From assembly GCA_016869595.1 (NCBI GenBank), contig VGDT01000002.1:18878-82877 (forward strand): DNA of 64,000 bases, read 5' to 3'. The stretch is from Alphaproteobacteria bacterium (GTDB taxonomy: Bacteria; Pseudomonadota; Alphaproteobacteria; Rhizobiales; Beijerinckiaceae). The position numbers were made by a program, and so were the translations under genes. How positions within the stretch are numbered: position 1 is the stretch's first letter; each line of letters starts with the position of its first letter. Positions 1 through 10,306 of the stretch are shown here, one piece after another. The notes below the pieces were generated by a model. The model ran no database searches and had not been told where the DNA came from. It saw only the letters and a list, made by a program, of their open reading frames with translations.

Positions 1-1
1 A

Positions 2-1003
2 AGCCCGCGCGACAGCGCCCGCATGCTGGTCGTGCCGGCGAGGGGTAGCATTGAAGACCGGCGCGTGCAGGACCTGCCCAATTATCTCCGACCGGGCGAC
101 GCGCTCGTCGTCAATGATTCGCGCGTCATTCACGCGCGGCTTTCGGGCCGGCGATTGCGCGGCGAATTGACCGCCAACGTCGAAGCGACGCTGATCGAAC
201 GGCTGGACGCTTCCCGCTGGCGCGCCTTGACGCGCCCGGCAAAGAAGCTTGCGGTTGGAGACCGCATTTGCTTTGCCTGCCATGCAGGAGAACTCGAGGC
301 CTATGTCGAAGCAAAAGGCGACGAAGGCGAGATCACGCTTGCTTTCGAGCTTCTCGGACCTGCGCTGGACATCGCGATAGAGGAGGCGGGCGTCATGCCT
401 TTGCCGCCCTATATCGCCGGCAAACGCTCGGCCGACGCGCAGGACGAGACGGACTACCAAACGATTTTTGCGCGCGAAGCGGGAGCGGTGGCCGCCCCTA
501 CGGCCGGACTGCATTTCACGCCGCAGTTGTTGGCCGATGTCGAAGCGCGCGGCGTCACTCTTCATCGTGTGACGCTGCATGTCGGCGCAGGCACCTTTCT
601 TCCGGTGAAGGCGGAAGATACTGCTCAGCACAAGATGCATGAGGAATTCGCGCGGCTCGACGCGCAAACCGCCGAGGCGCTCAATGCTGCGCGGGCGAAG
701 GGCGGACGGATCGTGGCCGTCGGAACCACGGCGCTGCGTGTGCTCGAAAGCGCGGCGGATGAGGGCGGAAGGATAGCGCCCTTTGCGGCGCGTACGGGAA
801 TTTTTATTACGCCTGGCTATCGTTTTCGCGCCGTCGACATGCTGCTCACCAATTTCCATCTTCCGCGCTCGACTCTATTCATGCTGGTCGCCGCATTCGC
901 CGGGCTCGAACGCATGAAAGCCGCCTATGCGCATGCGATCGAGAGCGGCTATCGCTTTTATTCCTACGGCGACGCCTGTCTGCTGGAGCGTCTCGAAACA
1001 TGA
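2..1003 (+). CDS. queA: S-adenosylmethionine:tRNA ribosyltransferase-isomerase QueA (5' end outside window)
   Basis: Frame is open to the window edge (SPRDSARML...). Motifs [44 protein letters not shown] and YRFYSYGDA. Confidence 0.96.
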   Translation, partial: SPRDSARMLVVPARGSIEDRRVQDLPNYLRPGDALVVNDSRVIHARLSGRRLRGELTANVEATLIERLDASRWRALTRPAKKLAVGDRICFACHAGELEAYVEAKGDEGEITLAFELLGPALDIAIEEAGVMPLPPYIAGKRSADAQDETDYQTIFAREAGAVAAPTAGLHFTPQLLADVEARGVTLHRVTLHVGAGTFLPVKAEDTAQHKMHEEFARLDAQTAEALNAARAKGGRIVAVGTTALRVLESAADEGGRIAPFAARTGIFITPGYRFRAVDMLLTNFHLPRSTLFMLVAAFAGLERMKAAYAHAIESGYRFYSYGDACLLERLET

Positions 1004-1332
1004 GCGAGCCTCGCGACATGCGTATCCTGGCGCTCTGGCGCGACGATCCAAGAGAAGCGCCAATGACGATTGACGCGAAAATCGATAAGGAGCGCATCGT
1101 TTCGACCTGGGATCTTTTCGGCGCGTTCGCGCTCGACAGCGATGGCGTGCGCCCGTTCATCCTTCGGCGAGACGGAAAGATCGACTTCGGTCCCTGCGAA
1201 AGCTGGCGAACGAATCTGCGCGAAGTCACGATAAAAGTTGGGTCAGATTTCGCCGTTTGGTTCAACGAGAGCGACAGCGGCAAGTATCGAATTGTGAAAA
1301 TCGCCGCGCTCGGCGCGAAGGACAATAAGTGA
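1000..1332 (+). CDS. Hypothetical protein (110 aa) between queA and tgt
   Basis: ATGA overlap with the queA stop and GTGA overlap with the tgt start. No recognised domain. Confidence 0.75.
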   Translation: MSEPRDMRILALWRDDPREAPMTIDAKIDKERIVSTWDLFGAFALDSDGVRPFILRRDGKIDFGPCESWRTNLREVTIKVGSDFAVWFNESDSGKYRIVKIAALGAKDNK

Positions 1333-2453
1333 CGCAGAGCTTTTCTTTCTCGGTTCTGACGACCGATGGACTGGCGCGCCAAGGAGAAATACTCACGCCG
1401 CGCGGAACCATCCGCACGCCTGCTTTCATGCCGGTTGGCACGGCGGCGACGGTGAAGGCGATGTTTCCCGAGGATGTGCACGCCGCCGGCGCCGACATTC
1501 TGCTCGGCAATGTCTATCACCTCATGCTGCGGCCGGGCGCGGAGCGGATCGGCCGGCTCGGCGGCCTGCATGAATTCATGCGCTGGCCCTATCCGATCTT
1601 GACTGACTCCGGCGGCTTCCAAGTGATGTCGCTTGCAAAACTGCGCAAGCTCGACGAGACCGGCGTCACCTTTCAGTCGCACATCGACGGCTCTCGGCAT
1701 CATCTTTCGCCCGAGCGCTCGATGGAGATTCAGGATCTCCTCGGGTCGGACATTCAAATGCAGCTCGATGAATGCGTGCGCCTGCCATGTTCCGAAAGCG
1801 AGGCGGAGCGCGCCATGCGGCTTTCGCTGCGATGGGCCGAGCGTTCACGCAAGGCCTTTCGCGACCAACTGGGCAGGGCGGTATTCGGCATCGTGCAAGG
1901 CGGCGAGTCGAAGCCGCTTCGGGTCGAAAGCGCCAAAGCGCTTGCCGGCATGGATTTCCACGGGATCGCCGTCGGCGGTCTGGCCGTCGGCGAACCTCAG
2001 CACGTCATGCTCGACATGCTGGAAACGACCGCCCCGCATTTGCCCGAATCAAAACCTCGTTATTTGATGGGCGTGGGCGCGCCGGATGACATCATCGAGG
2101 CCGTCGCGCGAGGAATCGACATGTTTGATTGTGTAATGCCGACACGCGCCGGCAGACATGGCCTCGCCTATACGCGCCATGGACGAGTCACGTTGCGCAA
2201 TGCACGCCATGCAGACGATCCGAGGCCGCTCGATGAGAAATCATCCTGTTCCGCCGCGCGCGACTATTCGCGCGCCTATCTGCATCACCTCGTGAAAGCG
2301 GGGGAAATCCTCGGGATGATGCTGCTCACGCAGGCCAATGTCGCCTACTATCAGGAATTGATGGGAGCCTTGCGCGCGGCGATCGCTGCTGGTTGTCTTA
2401 CCGACTTCATCGCTGAGACGCGCGCAAGATGGATCGAAGGCGAGAGCGCATAA
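1329..2453 (+). CDS. tgt: tRNA-guanine transglycosylase (queuine tRNA-ribosyltransferase)
   Basis: [48 protein letters not shown] and YSRAYLHHL motifs. GTG start. Confidence 0.97.
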   Translation: MTQSFSFSVLTTDGLARQGEILTPRGTIRTPAFMPVGTAATVKAMFPEDVHAAGADILLGNVYHLMLRPGAERIGRLGGLHEFMRWPYPILTDSGGFQVMSLAKLRKLDETGVTFQSHIDGSRHHLSPERSMEIQDLLGSDIQMQLDECVRLPCSESEAERAMRLSLRWAERSRKAFRDQLGRAVFGIVQGGESKPLRVESAKALAGMDFHGIAVGGLAVGEPQHVMLDMLETTAPHLPESKPRYLMGVGAPDDIIEAVARGIDMFDCVMPTRAGRHGLAYTRHGRVTLRNARHADDPRPLDEKSSCSAARDYSRAYLHHLVKAGEILGMMLLTQANVAYYQELMGALRAAIAAGCLTDFIAETRARWIEGESA

Positions 2454-2520
2454 CGGTAGAGCCTCGGTTTACGGATCACGTAATATGGTTTACGAAAACT
2501 GTATCCAGCGGGGGCGCAGC

Positions 2521-2955
2521 ATGGGCCGCTACCATGAAGAGCTCACCAGAAGGTTTTTGAGCGGCGTTCGGGGGGAAGCGCCCGCGAACACGCGCCGTCT
2601 GACGCGGCCGCGGCGCCAAGGCGTTCGCGTCCGCCCGTCAAAACCGAAACTGGCGCCGATGGAGAATGGAATGTCGCATCCTGGCGAAATTCTTGCCCGT
2701 CATTTGCAGGAACTCGGCCTGACGGCGTCTGATTTGGCGCGCGATATTGATGTGCCGGTCAATCGCGTCACCGCCATTATCAATGGCCAGCGGGGAGTGA
2801 CCGCCGATACGGCGTTGCGACTTGGGCATTGGTTCGGCGTCGAGCCGGAAGATTGGCTTGAGTTGCAAACTCAATATGAGCTTACTCTCGCGCGCCGCGC
2901 GGCCGGCGCCAGAATCAAGTCGTTGCCGAGCCTTGCGGATCGTCGACGCGACTGA
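2521..2955 (+). CDS. HigA/VapI-family HTH antitoxin-like regulator, no adjacent toxin; start uncertain (2485, 2521 or ~2659)
   Basis: HPGEILARHL...TASDLARDIDVPVNRVTAIINGQRGVTADTALRLGHWFG...WLELQTQYEL is the HigA antidote signature. Confidence 0.82.
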   Translation: MGRYHEELTRRFLSGVRGEAPANTRRLTRPRRQGVRVRPSKPKLAPMENGMSHPGEILARHLQELGLTASDLARDIDVPVNRVTAIINGQRGVTADTALRLGHWFGVEPEDWLELQTQYELTLARRAAGARIKSLPSLADRRRD

Positions 2956-2958
2956 GTC

Positions 2959-4155
2959 ATGAGCGTAGCTCGAAAGCTCACCGAAAACGGATTTTTTCAG
3001 GAGCTGCGGCGGTCAAATTTTGGCGCGCCGACCCGCGTTGTCAGCATCGATGGCGTTCCCTATTACGTCAATAGCTTCTGGACGTCTGCGCAGCGGCGTG
3101 CGCATCCGTTGCATGAAATCAGCTATCGGGCCTGTTTCAAACCGCAGCTTCCCGCATTCTTTATCGATCGATTGACGCGACGGGGAGAAACCGTCTGCGA
3201 TCCATTCATGGGCCGTGGCACGACTGTGTTGCAAGCAGCGCTGATGGGGAGAAAGCCGATAGGCTCCGACGCCAATCCGCTGTCGCTGCTGCTGACGCGC
3301 CCGCGGCTGCGGCCGCCTGCGCTTTGCGATATCGAGTCGCGCCTTGCCGCCGCGGCCTGGGGGCGCGGTGAGGTCGAACGCGACGATCTGCTCGTCTTCT
3401 ATCATTCCGAGACGCTGCGGCAGATTTGTGCGCTGCGCCGATATCTGCTTGCGCGTGAGAACGACGGCGGCCTTGAGGATGTCGACGACTGGATCCGAAT
3501 GGTGGCGCTCAATCGACTAACGGGCCACTCACCCGGATTCTTCTCTGTCTATACGATGCCGCCCAATCAGGCGGTGTCTATCAAGGCGCAACTGAAGATC
3601 AATGAGCGCCGCGCGCAGGCGCCGCCCCGACGCGACATCGCCGAGCTCATACTCAAGAAATCCCGCGTGCTGCTCGCAGAAGGTGGCCCCGTCGCTCGCG
3701 AGGCGCAACTCGCCGTCGCGGATGCGGCCCGCTTGGGTCACATCGCCGACACAGCGGTGGATCTTGTCGTTACTTCGCCGCCCTTCCTCGACGTCGTCGA
3801 CTATCGCGGCGACAATTGGCTGCGAAACTGGTTCGCGGGAATCGACGCCGAGAGCATCAGTCTCTCGCAGCTCCGTTCGCCGCAGGACTGGCGCGCGATG
3901 ACTAGGGCTGTGTTCGAGGAGCTAGCGCGAGTCGTTAAGCCCGGCGGTCATGTGGCTTATGAAGTCGGGGAAGTTCGGGGCGGCGCGCTTCCTTTGGAAC
4001 AGCTGGTCTGGCGCGCGCTCGACGATCTTCCCTTCGAGCGGCTCGGCGTGCTCGTCAACGCGCAAAGCTTCACGAAAACGAGCAATTGCTGGGGCGTCGC
4101 CAACAACGTCAAGGGCGTCAACAGCAACCGAGTCGTCATCGCGCGCCGCGCTTGA
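2959..4155 (+). CDS. Site-specific DNA amino-methyltransferase (N4-cytosine or N6-adenine), orphan
   Basis: SAM-binding motif DPFMGRGTT precedes the catalytic motif VVTSPPF. No restriction endonuclease adjacent. Confidence 0.85.
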   Translation: MSVARKLTENGFFQELRRSNFGAPTRVVSIDGVPYYVNSFWTSAQRRAHPLHEISYRACFKPQLPAFFIDRLTRRGETVCDPFMGRGTTVLQAALMGRKPIGSDANPLSLLLTRPRLRPPALCDIESRLAAAAWGRGEVERDDLLVFYHSETLRQICALRRYLLARENDGGLEDVDDWIRMVALNRLTGHSPGFFSVYTMPPNQAVSIKAQLKINERRAQAPPRRDIAELILKKSRVLLAEGGPVAREAQLAVADAARLGHIADTAVDLVVTSPPFLDVVDYRGDNWLRNWFAGIDAESISLSQLRSPQDWRAMTRAVFEELARVVKPGGHVAYEVGEVRGGALPLEQLVWRALDDLPFERLGVLVNAQSFTKTSNCWGVANNVKGVNSNRVVIARRA

Positions 4156-4169
4156 CGCCGAGCGTCGCG

Positions 4170-6272
4170 TCAGCCGGCGCGCAGAAGGCGAACGGCTTCG
4201 TCGCGTTCGAAGAGGTAGAGCAGAGCGCGCAAGGCCTGGCCTCTTTCGCTCGCAAGCTCCGGATCGCGACGCAGGATCAATTCTGCATCGTCGCGCGCAA
4301 TAGCGAGGAGCCGCGCATGGGCGGAAAGGTCAGCGAGACGGAAGCCTGGCAAACCAGCCTGCCGTACGCCGAGAATTTCGCCTTCGCCGCGCAGCCGGAG
4401 ATCTTCTTCAGCAATACGAAATCCGTCTTCCGTCTTGCGTATGATCATTAAGCGCGCCTTAGCAGCCTCGCTCAACGGGCCCTTGTAAAGTAGCAGGCAG
4501 GAAGATTTTGCAGAGCCGCGCCCAACGCGTCCGCGCAGCTGGTGCAGTTGCGCGAGGCCGAAACGCTCCGAATGTTCGATAACCATGATGGTCGCTTCCG
4601 GAACGTCGACGCCAACTTCGATGACCGTGGTCGCGACTAGAATTTTGACCTCGCCGCGCTGGAACGCTTCCATCACGGCGTCCTTATCGGCGCCTTTCAT
4701 GCGGCCGTGAACGAGGCCGACGGCGGCTCCAAACAGCTTCGAGAGATCGGCGTAGCGCTCTTGCGCCGCGGCTAGGTCGAGCTCCTCATTTTCCTCGACG
4801 AGCGGGCAAACCCAATAGGCGCGCGCGCCTTCCGCCAAAGCGCGCCGCAGCCCGGCAATGACTTCGCCGGTCCTCTCCGCCGGCAGCGCACGCGTCGAGA
4901 CCGGCGTGCGTCCCGGCGGTTTTTCATCGAGCGCAGAAGAGTCCATATCGCCGAAGGCGGTCAGCGCCAGCGTGCGCGGAATTGGCGTCGCCGTCATCAC
5001 CAGCACGTCGACGCTGTCGCCCTTGGCGCCGAGCGCCAGCCGCTGCTCGACGCCGAAACGATGCTGCTCGTCGACGACGGCGAGACCGAGGTCGTGAAAG
5101 GCGAGATCGCTTTGCACCAACGCATGGGTTCCTATGACCACGTCGACCTCGCCCGCTCTTATAGCGGCATGGAGCGCGGCGCGCTCGCTTGGCTTGGCGC
5201 GGCCTGTCAGCAGCGCCACGCGCAGTCCCGAGGGCTCGAGCAATGGCGCGAGCCGGTCATAGTGCTGGCGCGCGAGGATTTCGGTCGGCGCCATTAGCGC
5301 GCATTGTCGGTCCGTCTCGGCCACGTTCGCCATGGCGAGCGCCGCGACGATGGTTTTGCCTGATCCCACGTCGCCCTGCACAAGCCGCAACATGCGCTTG
5401 TCCGACGCAAGATCAGCGCGAATTTCTTCAAGCGTACGTTGCTGCGCGCGCGTCAGCCGGAAGGGCAGCGCAGATTCAATAGCGCGCGCATAGCGCCCGT
5501 CGCCCCTATGCGCGCGACCCGAAGGTCGCCGCATCTTGGCGCGAATGAGCCGCAGCGCGAGCTGGCTTGCAAGCAATTCGTCGAGCGCGAGACGCTGGCG
5601 GGCGGGATACTGCGGCGAGAGCGCATCGGCGTTCTCAGGCCGGTGCGCCGCGCGAAGCGCCTCGCCAAATGCCGGAAGCTTGTTGGCGAAAAGAACGCTC
5701 GCGTCCTGCCACTCGGGAAGGCTTGGGAGCCGGGTCAAAGCCTCTTCCGTCGCGCGTAAGACATAGCGCGCCTGCAAGCCTTCGGTGAGGCCATAGACGG
5801 CTTCGTACGCGGGAAGCTTCGCAAACCCTGCTTCATCGAGAACGCGGTCAGGATGCACGATTTGACGGCGGCCGTCATAAAGTTCGATGCGTCCCGATAT
5901 CCAGCGCGTCGCGCCAAGCGGCAGGCTGCGCTCGATCCAGTCCGGATTGGCGAGAAAGAAGACGAGTTCGACGTCGCCGGTGTCATCCTCGACGAGCACG
6001 CGATAGGGCGATTTCGAATATCGGCCCTGAGGGCGGCGATGCTCGGTGACGTGCGCTTTTAAGACGACCATCGTGTCGAGAGGCGCGGCGGCGATCGTCG
6101 GGCGCGCGCTGCGATCAATGACGTTGGACGGAAGATGGAAAAGCAGATCGACGATACGCGCCTCCGCGCCCGGCCTGGCGAGCAGCCGGTCGAACAGCTT
6201 GGCGGTCTTCGGCCCGACGCCGGGCAGTGATGCGACGCGACCGAAGAAGGGATCGAGCAATGATGGGCGCAT
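4170..6272 (-). CDS. recG: ATP-dependent DNA helicase RecG
   Basis: RLVQGDVGSGKT, MAPTEILARQH, VVDEQHRFGVEQR, MTATPIPRTL, ERFGLAQLHQLRGRVGRG and DLRLRGEGE. Confidence 0.97.
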   Translation of the reverse strand: MRPSLLDPFFGRVASLPGVGPKTAKLFDRLLARPGAEARIVDLLFHLPSNVIDRSARPTIAAAPLDTMVVLKAHVTEHRRPQGRYSKSPYRVLVEDDTGDVELVFFLANPDWIERSLPLGATRWISGRIELYDGRRQIVHPDRVLDEAGFAKLPAYEAVYGLTEGLQARYVLRATEEALTRLPSLPEWQDASVLFANKLPAFGEALRAAHRPENADALSPQYPARQRLALDELLASQLALRLIRAKMRRPSGRAHRGDGRYARAIESALPFRLTRAQQRTLEEIRADLASDKRMLRLVQGDVGSGKTIVAALAMANVAETDRQCALMAPTEILARQHYDRLAPLLEPSGLRVALLTGRAKPSERAALHAAIRAGEVDVVIGTHALVQSDLAFHDLGLAVVDEQHRFGVEQRLALGAKGDSVDVLVMTATPIPRTLALTAFGDMDSSALDEKPPGRTPVSTRALPAERTGEVIAGLRRALAEGARAYWVCPLVEENEELDLAAAQERYADLSKLFGAAVGLVHGRMKGADKDAVMEAFQRGEVKILVATTVIEVGVDVPEATIMVIEHSERFGLAQLHQLRGRVGRGSAKSSCLLLYKGPLSEAAKARLMIIRKTEDGFRIAEEDLRLRGEGEILGVRQAGLPGFRLADLSAHARLLAIARDDAELILRRDPELASERGQALRALLYLFERDEAVRLLRAG

Positions 6273-6304
6273 AGAGGTTCAGTTCACCAGCGGCGCGGAC
6301 CGAC

Positions 6305-6949
6305 TCACTTGATCTCGACATCATAGCTCGGCGCGCCGTCCGCGCCCTTGTAGGTGAAATGCCACCATTCGCGCGGATAATTCTCAAAACCGTGGCGGCG
6401 CATCAGTGCGACGAGCGCGTCGCGATGCGCCCGCGCTGTTTTCGAGGTTTTGGCCTTCGTCCACGAGCTGGAATCGAAAAAGTCGAAGGGCGTGCCGAAA
6501 TTCCATCCTTTGACGCCGATATCGACGGCGAGACCCGTAGAGTGGGTGGAATGTTCGGCGATATAGCCCTTAAGGAAGAGCGCGCTCTTGTCGATGCGCG
6601 GATAATGCTCAGCCTTCGTGCGTTGATCGGCGTTGCGTGACCAGTCGACGAAGGCCGAAACGGCGCGCTGCGGTCGATAGCAGTCATAGACGATGAGTGA
6701 AACGCCCTGAGCGCGCGCGTCCTTCTGCGCGGCGGCAAGCGCTTTGGCGGCCTCAGTGCGCAGCCAGCATTGCGGGGCGCCATAGCCCGGCACTGCCGCG
6801 CCCGTGAAATTATCGGCGCCCGCATAGCGCATATCTTGAATGATGTCCGGCGCGACATCGGCAAGGCGCGCGAAACCTTGCGGCGGTTCGTCGGCGCGCG
6901 CATGGGAGGCGGAAAGCGCGCCGATAAGCAAGAATATCAGTCTGCGCAT
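6305..6949 (-). CDS. D-alanyl-D-alanine dipeptidase (peptidase M15D, VanX/DdpX-like), with signal peptide
   Basis: DMRYAGADNFTG, YDCYRPQRAV, STHSTGLAVD and EWWHF. Start taken at MRRLIFLL. Confidence 0.88.
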   Translation of the reverse strand: MRRLIFLLIGALSASHARADEPPQGFARLADVAPDIIQDMRYAGADNFTGAAVPGYGAPQCWLRTEAAKALAAAQKDARAQGVSLIVYDCYRPQRAVSAFVDWSRNADQRTKAEHYPRIDKSALFLKGYIAEHSTHSTGLAVDIGVKGWNFGTPFDFFDSSSWTKAKTSKTARAHRDALVALMRRHGFENYPREWWHFTYKGADGAPSYDVEIK

Positions 6950-6992
6950 GGCGGCTCCATATGCGCTGGAGGCGAGCTGCCGATCTTTCGAC

Positions 6993-7676
6993 TTATCCCT
7001 TCGCCTTGGCGAGGCCGCCATGCGCCGCCGACCAGGCGACAGGATCGGCGATGAAGGCTTCCACCTCGTTCAGCGCAGCGTCGGGAAAATATCTGTGCTC
7101 CCGGGCGACGGCGAGCACGTCGCGCCAGGTTGCGAGCGCATGCAGGCTGATGCCGAGCGTCGCCAGCTCCTCGCGGGCGCCGGCGAAAATATCGTAAAAG
7201 AAGAATACGAAGACATGGTCGCAGCGCTGTCCTGCGTCGCGCAGCGCTTGCACAAAGTCTTTCTTTGAGCCGCCGTCGGTCGCCAGATCCTCGACGAGCA
7301 GGGCGCGGCCGCCTTCCATCACGTCGCCTTCGATGCGGGCGTTGCGGCCGAAGCCCTTCGGCTTCTTGCGCACATATTGCATCGGCAGCATGAGGCTGTC
7401 GGCGATCCAGGCGGCAAAAGGAATGCCGGCCGTCTCGCCCCCCGCGACGACGTCGAGCGATTCATAGCCGATATCGCGCTCGATCGCGCGCGTGGCGAAG
7501 TCGACAAGTCGGCGCCGCAGCCGCGGAAAGGCGATGATCTTGCGCATGTCGATATAGACCGGCGAGGCCCAGCCAGCGGTCGTGATGAACGGCTTGTCGA
7601 CATTGACGAGCACCGCTTGCACTTCGATCAGCGCCTTGGCGGTCTCCCGCGCGGCAGTTTGGCGGTCATTCGACAT
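6993..7676 (-). CDS. pyrE: Orotate phosphoribosyltransferase
   Basis: [32 protein letters not shown] and the PRPP loop [12 protein letters not shown]. Start at MSNDRQ. Confidence 0.9.
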   Translation of the reverse strand: MSNDRQTAARETAKALIEVQAVLVNVDKPFITTAGWASPVYIDMRKIIAFPRLRRRLVDFATRAIERDIGYESLDVVAGGETAGIPFAAWIADSLMLPMQYVRKKPKGFGRNARIEGDVMEGGRALLVEDLATDGGSKKDFVQALRDAGQRCDHVFVFFFYDIFAGAREELATLGISLHALATWRDVLAVAREHRYFPDAALNEVEAFIADPVAWSAAHGGLAKAKG

Positions 7677-7719
7677 AGGTGCGGCGTGCCCCTTTTGATA
7701 AACGCCGCGCAGCCATAGC

Positions 7720-8421
7720 CTATTTCGCGCCGCGGCGCTCGGCGGTCTGGCCGAAAAGTATTTCGCGCTCCAGCGCGGTAAAATCGAGGCGCCGTTCATA
7801 GGGCGCGCCCGCCGCATAGGCGCGGATCACCGCGGGGCGCGAACGGACCGCCTCGAACCAGCGCTTGAGATGCGGGAAATCGTGGAGATCCTGACCCTGA
7901 TCCTCATGCGGAACGATCCAGGGATAGCAGGCGATGTCGGCGATCGAATATTCGCCGGCGATATAGGGCGTCTTGGCGAGCTGGCGGTCCATCACGCCAT
8001 AGAGGCGTCCGGTTTCGTTGCGGTAGCGCTCGATCGCGTAAGGGATTTTCGCCGTCGCGTATTTGGCGAAATGGTGGTTCTGGCCGGCCATGGGGCCAAG
8101 GCCGCCCACTTGCCAGAACAGCCATTGCAGCGTTCGCGCGCGGCCATGCAGGTCTGTCGGAAGCAGCCGTCCGGTCTTCTCGGCGAGATAGACGAGTATC
8201 GCGCCCGATTCGAACAGCGCGACCGGCGCCCCGCCATCAGCCGGCGCGGTGTCGACAATGGCCGGCATGCGGTTGTTGGGAGAGATTGCGAGAAACTCTG
8301 GCTTGAACTGATCGCCTTTGGCGATGTCGACCGGCTTGATCCGATAGGCTAGTCCCGATTCTTCAAGAAAAATCGTGATTTTGTGGCCGTTGGGCGTCGG
8401 CCAGTAGTGAAGATCGATCAT
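7720..8421 (-). CDS. Glutathione S-transferase family protein (YfcG-like disulfide oxidoreductase)
   Basis: [46 protein letters not shown] and [11 protein letters not shown]. Confidence 0.92.
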   Translation of the reverse strand: MIDLHYWPTPNGHKITIFLEESGLAYRIKPVDIAKGDQFKPEFLAISPNNRMPAIVDTAPADGGAPVALFESGAILVYLAEKTGRLLPTDLHGRARTLQWLFWQVGGLGPMAGQNHHFAKYATAKIPYAIERYRNETGRLYGVMDRQLAKTPYIAGEYSIADIACYPWIVPHEDQGQDLHDFPHLKRWFEAVRSRPAVIRAYAAGAPYERRLDFTALEREILFGQTAERRGAK

Positions 8422-8521
8422 GGACGCATGTCCGGGAAGGAGACCAAACTTTGTTGTAAGCCCTCGCGCCGCAAGATCAATCGTTCAGGTCATGCTAGGC
8501 TGGGCCGAGGAGTGAATCGAT

Positions 8522-9004
8522 ATGCTGATCAGATATTCAAAAATGTTGCTGGCCGCTGCGCTTGGCGTGCTCATACTGCTTGTCGCGATCAATAATGTGA
8601 CGGACTACAACACGAATTTCGAAATCGTCAGCCATGTGATGTCGATGGACCAGGTCCCGTCCGGCAGCCCGCTCGAGTGGCGCGCGGTCGCCAATCCCAC
8701 GCTGCATCGGGCGCTTTACGCCTTCATTATTGCGGTGGAGTTCGCCGCCGGTCTGCTCATTCTCATTGGCGTATGGCGGCTCTTGCTGGCGCGCAAAGCC
8801 GAAGCGGCGCGTTTCAACGCCGCGAAAGATATTGCGATTGTCGGGCTTACGCTCGCCGTCGGCCTTTACTTGTTCGGGTTCATGGCGGTCGGCGGCGAAT
8901 GGTTTCAAATGTGGCGGATCGGGCCCGACCTAGAGCAGGCCGCGTTCCGCTTCATTGGCTGCGCGGCTTTGGTTTTGCTGTTCTTAGGCCAGCGCGACGA
9001 CTAA
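8522..9004 (+). CDS. DUF2165-family small integral membrane protein
   Basis: NNVTDYNTNFEIVSHVMSMD, PLEWRAV and FMAVGGEWFQMW, with several TM segments. Confidence 0.85.
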   Translation: MLIRYSKMLLAAALGVLILLVAINNVTDYNTNFEIVSHVMSMDQVPSGSPLEWRAVANPTLHRALYAFIIAVEFAAGLLILIGVWRLLLARKAEAARFNAAKDIAIVGLTLAVGLYLFGFMAVGGEWFQMWRIGPDLEQAAFRFIGCAALVLLFLGQRDD

Positions 9005-9008
9005 TGCG

Positions 9009-9209
9009 TCACAGCCGCTTCAACATACTATAGCCGAGGAGGCCGCCCAGTCCTGCGCCGACGATCGCGATGAGCGGACCGCCGATCGCGACGCCAGTCA
9101 AGCCGCCGAGCACGGCGCCGACGCCTCCGAAAAGATATTTGTTCTTCTGAACGGTCGGATTTTCGTCAGCCATTTTTTTCTGGCCGGTGGGGTTTTCGTC
9201 GTCAGCCAT
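9009..9209 (-). CDS. Small glycine-zipper membrane protein (66 aa) with a duplicated N-terminal 11-12 aa unit
   Basis: MADDENPTGQKK-MADENPTVQKNK followed by GGVGAVLGGLTGVAIGG...GAGLGGLLG. Confidence 0.65.
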   Translation of the reverse strand: MADDENPTGQKKMADENPTVQKNKYLFGGVGAVLGGLTGVAIGGPLIAIVGAGLGGLLGYSMLKRL

Positions 9210-9392
9210 TGCAAAGTCCTCGTGAAAGCGCCCGCAATGGCGAATTAAGTGGAGCGTCGCTGAAATCAAGGGCGGCGTCGCGTCGCGCTCAGGTTAGAGC
9301 GACCGGAAGCAACGTGGATCGGCCTCGATTGGCCTCCTAAATATCGAGCGAGAATTTTGGCCCGCTTGGCGCTCGCGCCGGAGGGATCGTGC

Positions 9393-10274
9393 ATGGATGG
9401 CGGAAGCGACGCTAAAACCGCTTTCGTTCTCGCCGGCGGCGGCAGCCTGGGCGCGATCCAAGTTGGCATGCTTCGCAGCCTGTTGGCGGCGGGCGTGCGC
9501 CCGGACTTTATCGTCGGCTCCTCGGTCGGCGCGATGAACGCCTGCTATTTCGCCGGCGAGCCAAACGCCGATGGCGTCGAAAGACTTGCGCGTATTTGGC
9601 TGGAGCTGCGACGAAGGGACATATTTCCGTTTACCTTGGGGATGGCCTTCGGCCTGCTGCGTCACGCCAATTATCTTGTCGATCCTTCGGCGTTACGCGG
9701 CTTGATCGAGCGCCATCTGCCCTTTGTCGGGCTGCAAGAGGCGAAGCTCCCCGTCCATATCGTGGCGACCGATATGCAGGGCTTCGCTGTCACCCTGTCG
9801 CAGGGTTCAGCTGTCGAGGCCATTATGGCGAGCGCCGCGGTGCCGGGAATTTTTCCGACGGTCGAAGTGGAAGGCGCGCCATTGATGGATGGCGCCGTCG
9901 CCGCCAACACGCCGCTGTGGCTCGCGATGACATTGGGCGCGAGAAGGATCATCGTCTTGCCGACGGGTTACGCCTGCGCGTTGGAAAGGCCGCCCCCGAG
10001 CGCCATCGGCCGCGGGTTGCACGCGATCACTCTGCTCATCGCCTGGCAATTAATCCGCGATTTGGAGCGCCTGCCGCAAGAGATCGACGTGCATCTCGCG
10101 CCGGCGCTCTGTCCGCTGGACGTTTCGCCTTACGATTTCTCGCGCTCAGGCGAGCTGATCTCTCGCGCCGCCGCCGCGACCCAGGAATGGCTTGAGAAGG
10201 GCGGTCTAAGCCGCCGTGCGACGCCGGCCGATCTCGCGCCACATCGGCATGGGCATAATGCCGTGCCGTTTTAG
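9393..10274 (+). CDS. Patatin-like phospholipase
   Basis: LAGGGSLGA glycine loop, GSSVG nucleophile elbow and DGA catalytic motif. Confidence 0.92.
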   Translation: MDGGSDAKTAFVLAGGGSLGAIQVGMLRSLLAAGVRPDFIVGSSVGAMNACYFAGEPNADGVERLARIWLELRRRDIFPFTLGMAFGLLRHANYLVDPSALRGLIERHLPFVGLQEAKLPVHIVATDMQGFAVTLSQGSAVEAIMASAAVPGIFPTVEVEGAPLMDGAVAANTPLWLAMTLGARRIIVLPTGYACALERPPPSAIGRGLHAITLLIAWQLIRDLERLPQEIDVHLAPALCPLDVSPYDFSRSGELISRAAAATQEWLEKGGLSRRATPADLAPHRHGHNAVPF

Positions 10275-10306
10275 ATCGGCAATTGAGAGCGGAGCAGGCC
10301 GTACTT

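Noticed and set aside
1329-4155. tgt next to a DNA methyltransferase read as a Dpd (7-deazaguanine DNA modification) system
   Set aside because: The TGT is the canonical tRNA enzyme in a queA operon, not DpdA, and no dpdB/C genes are present.
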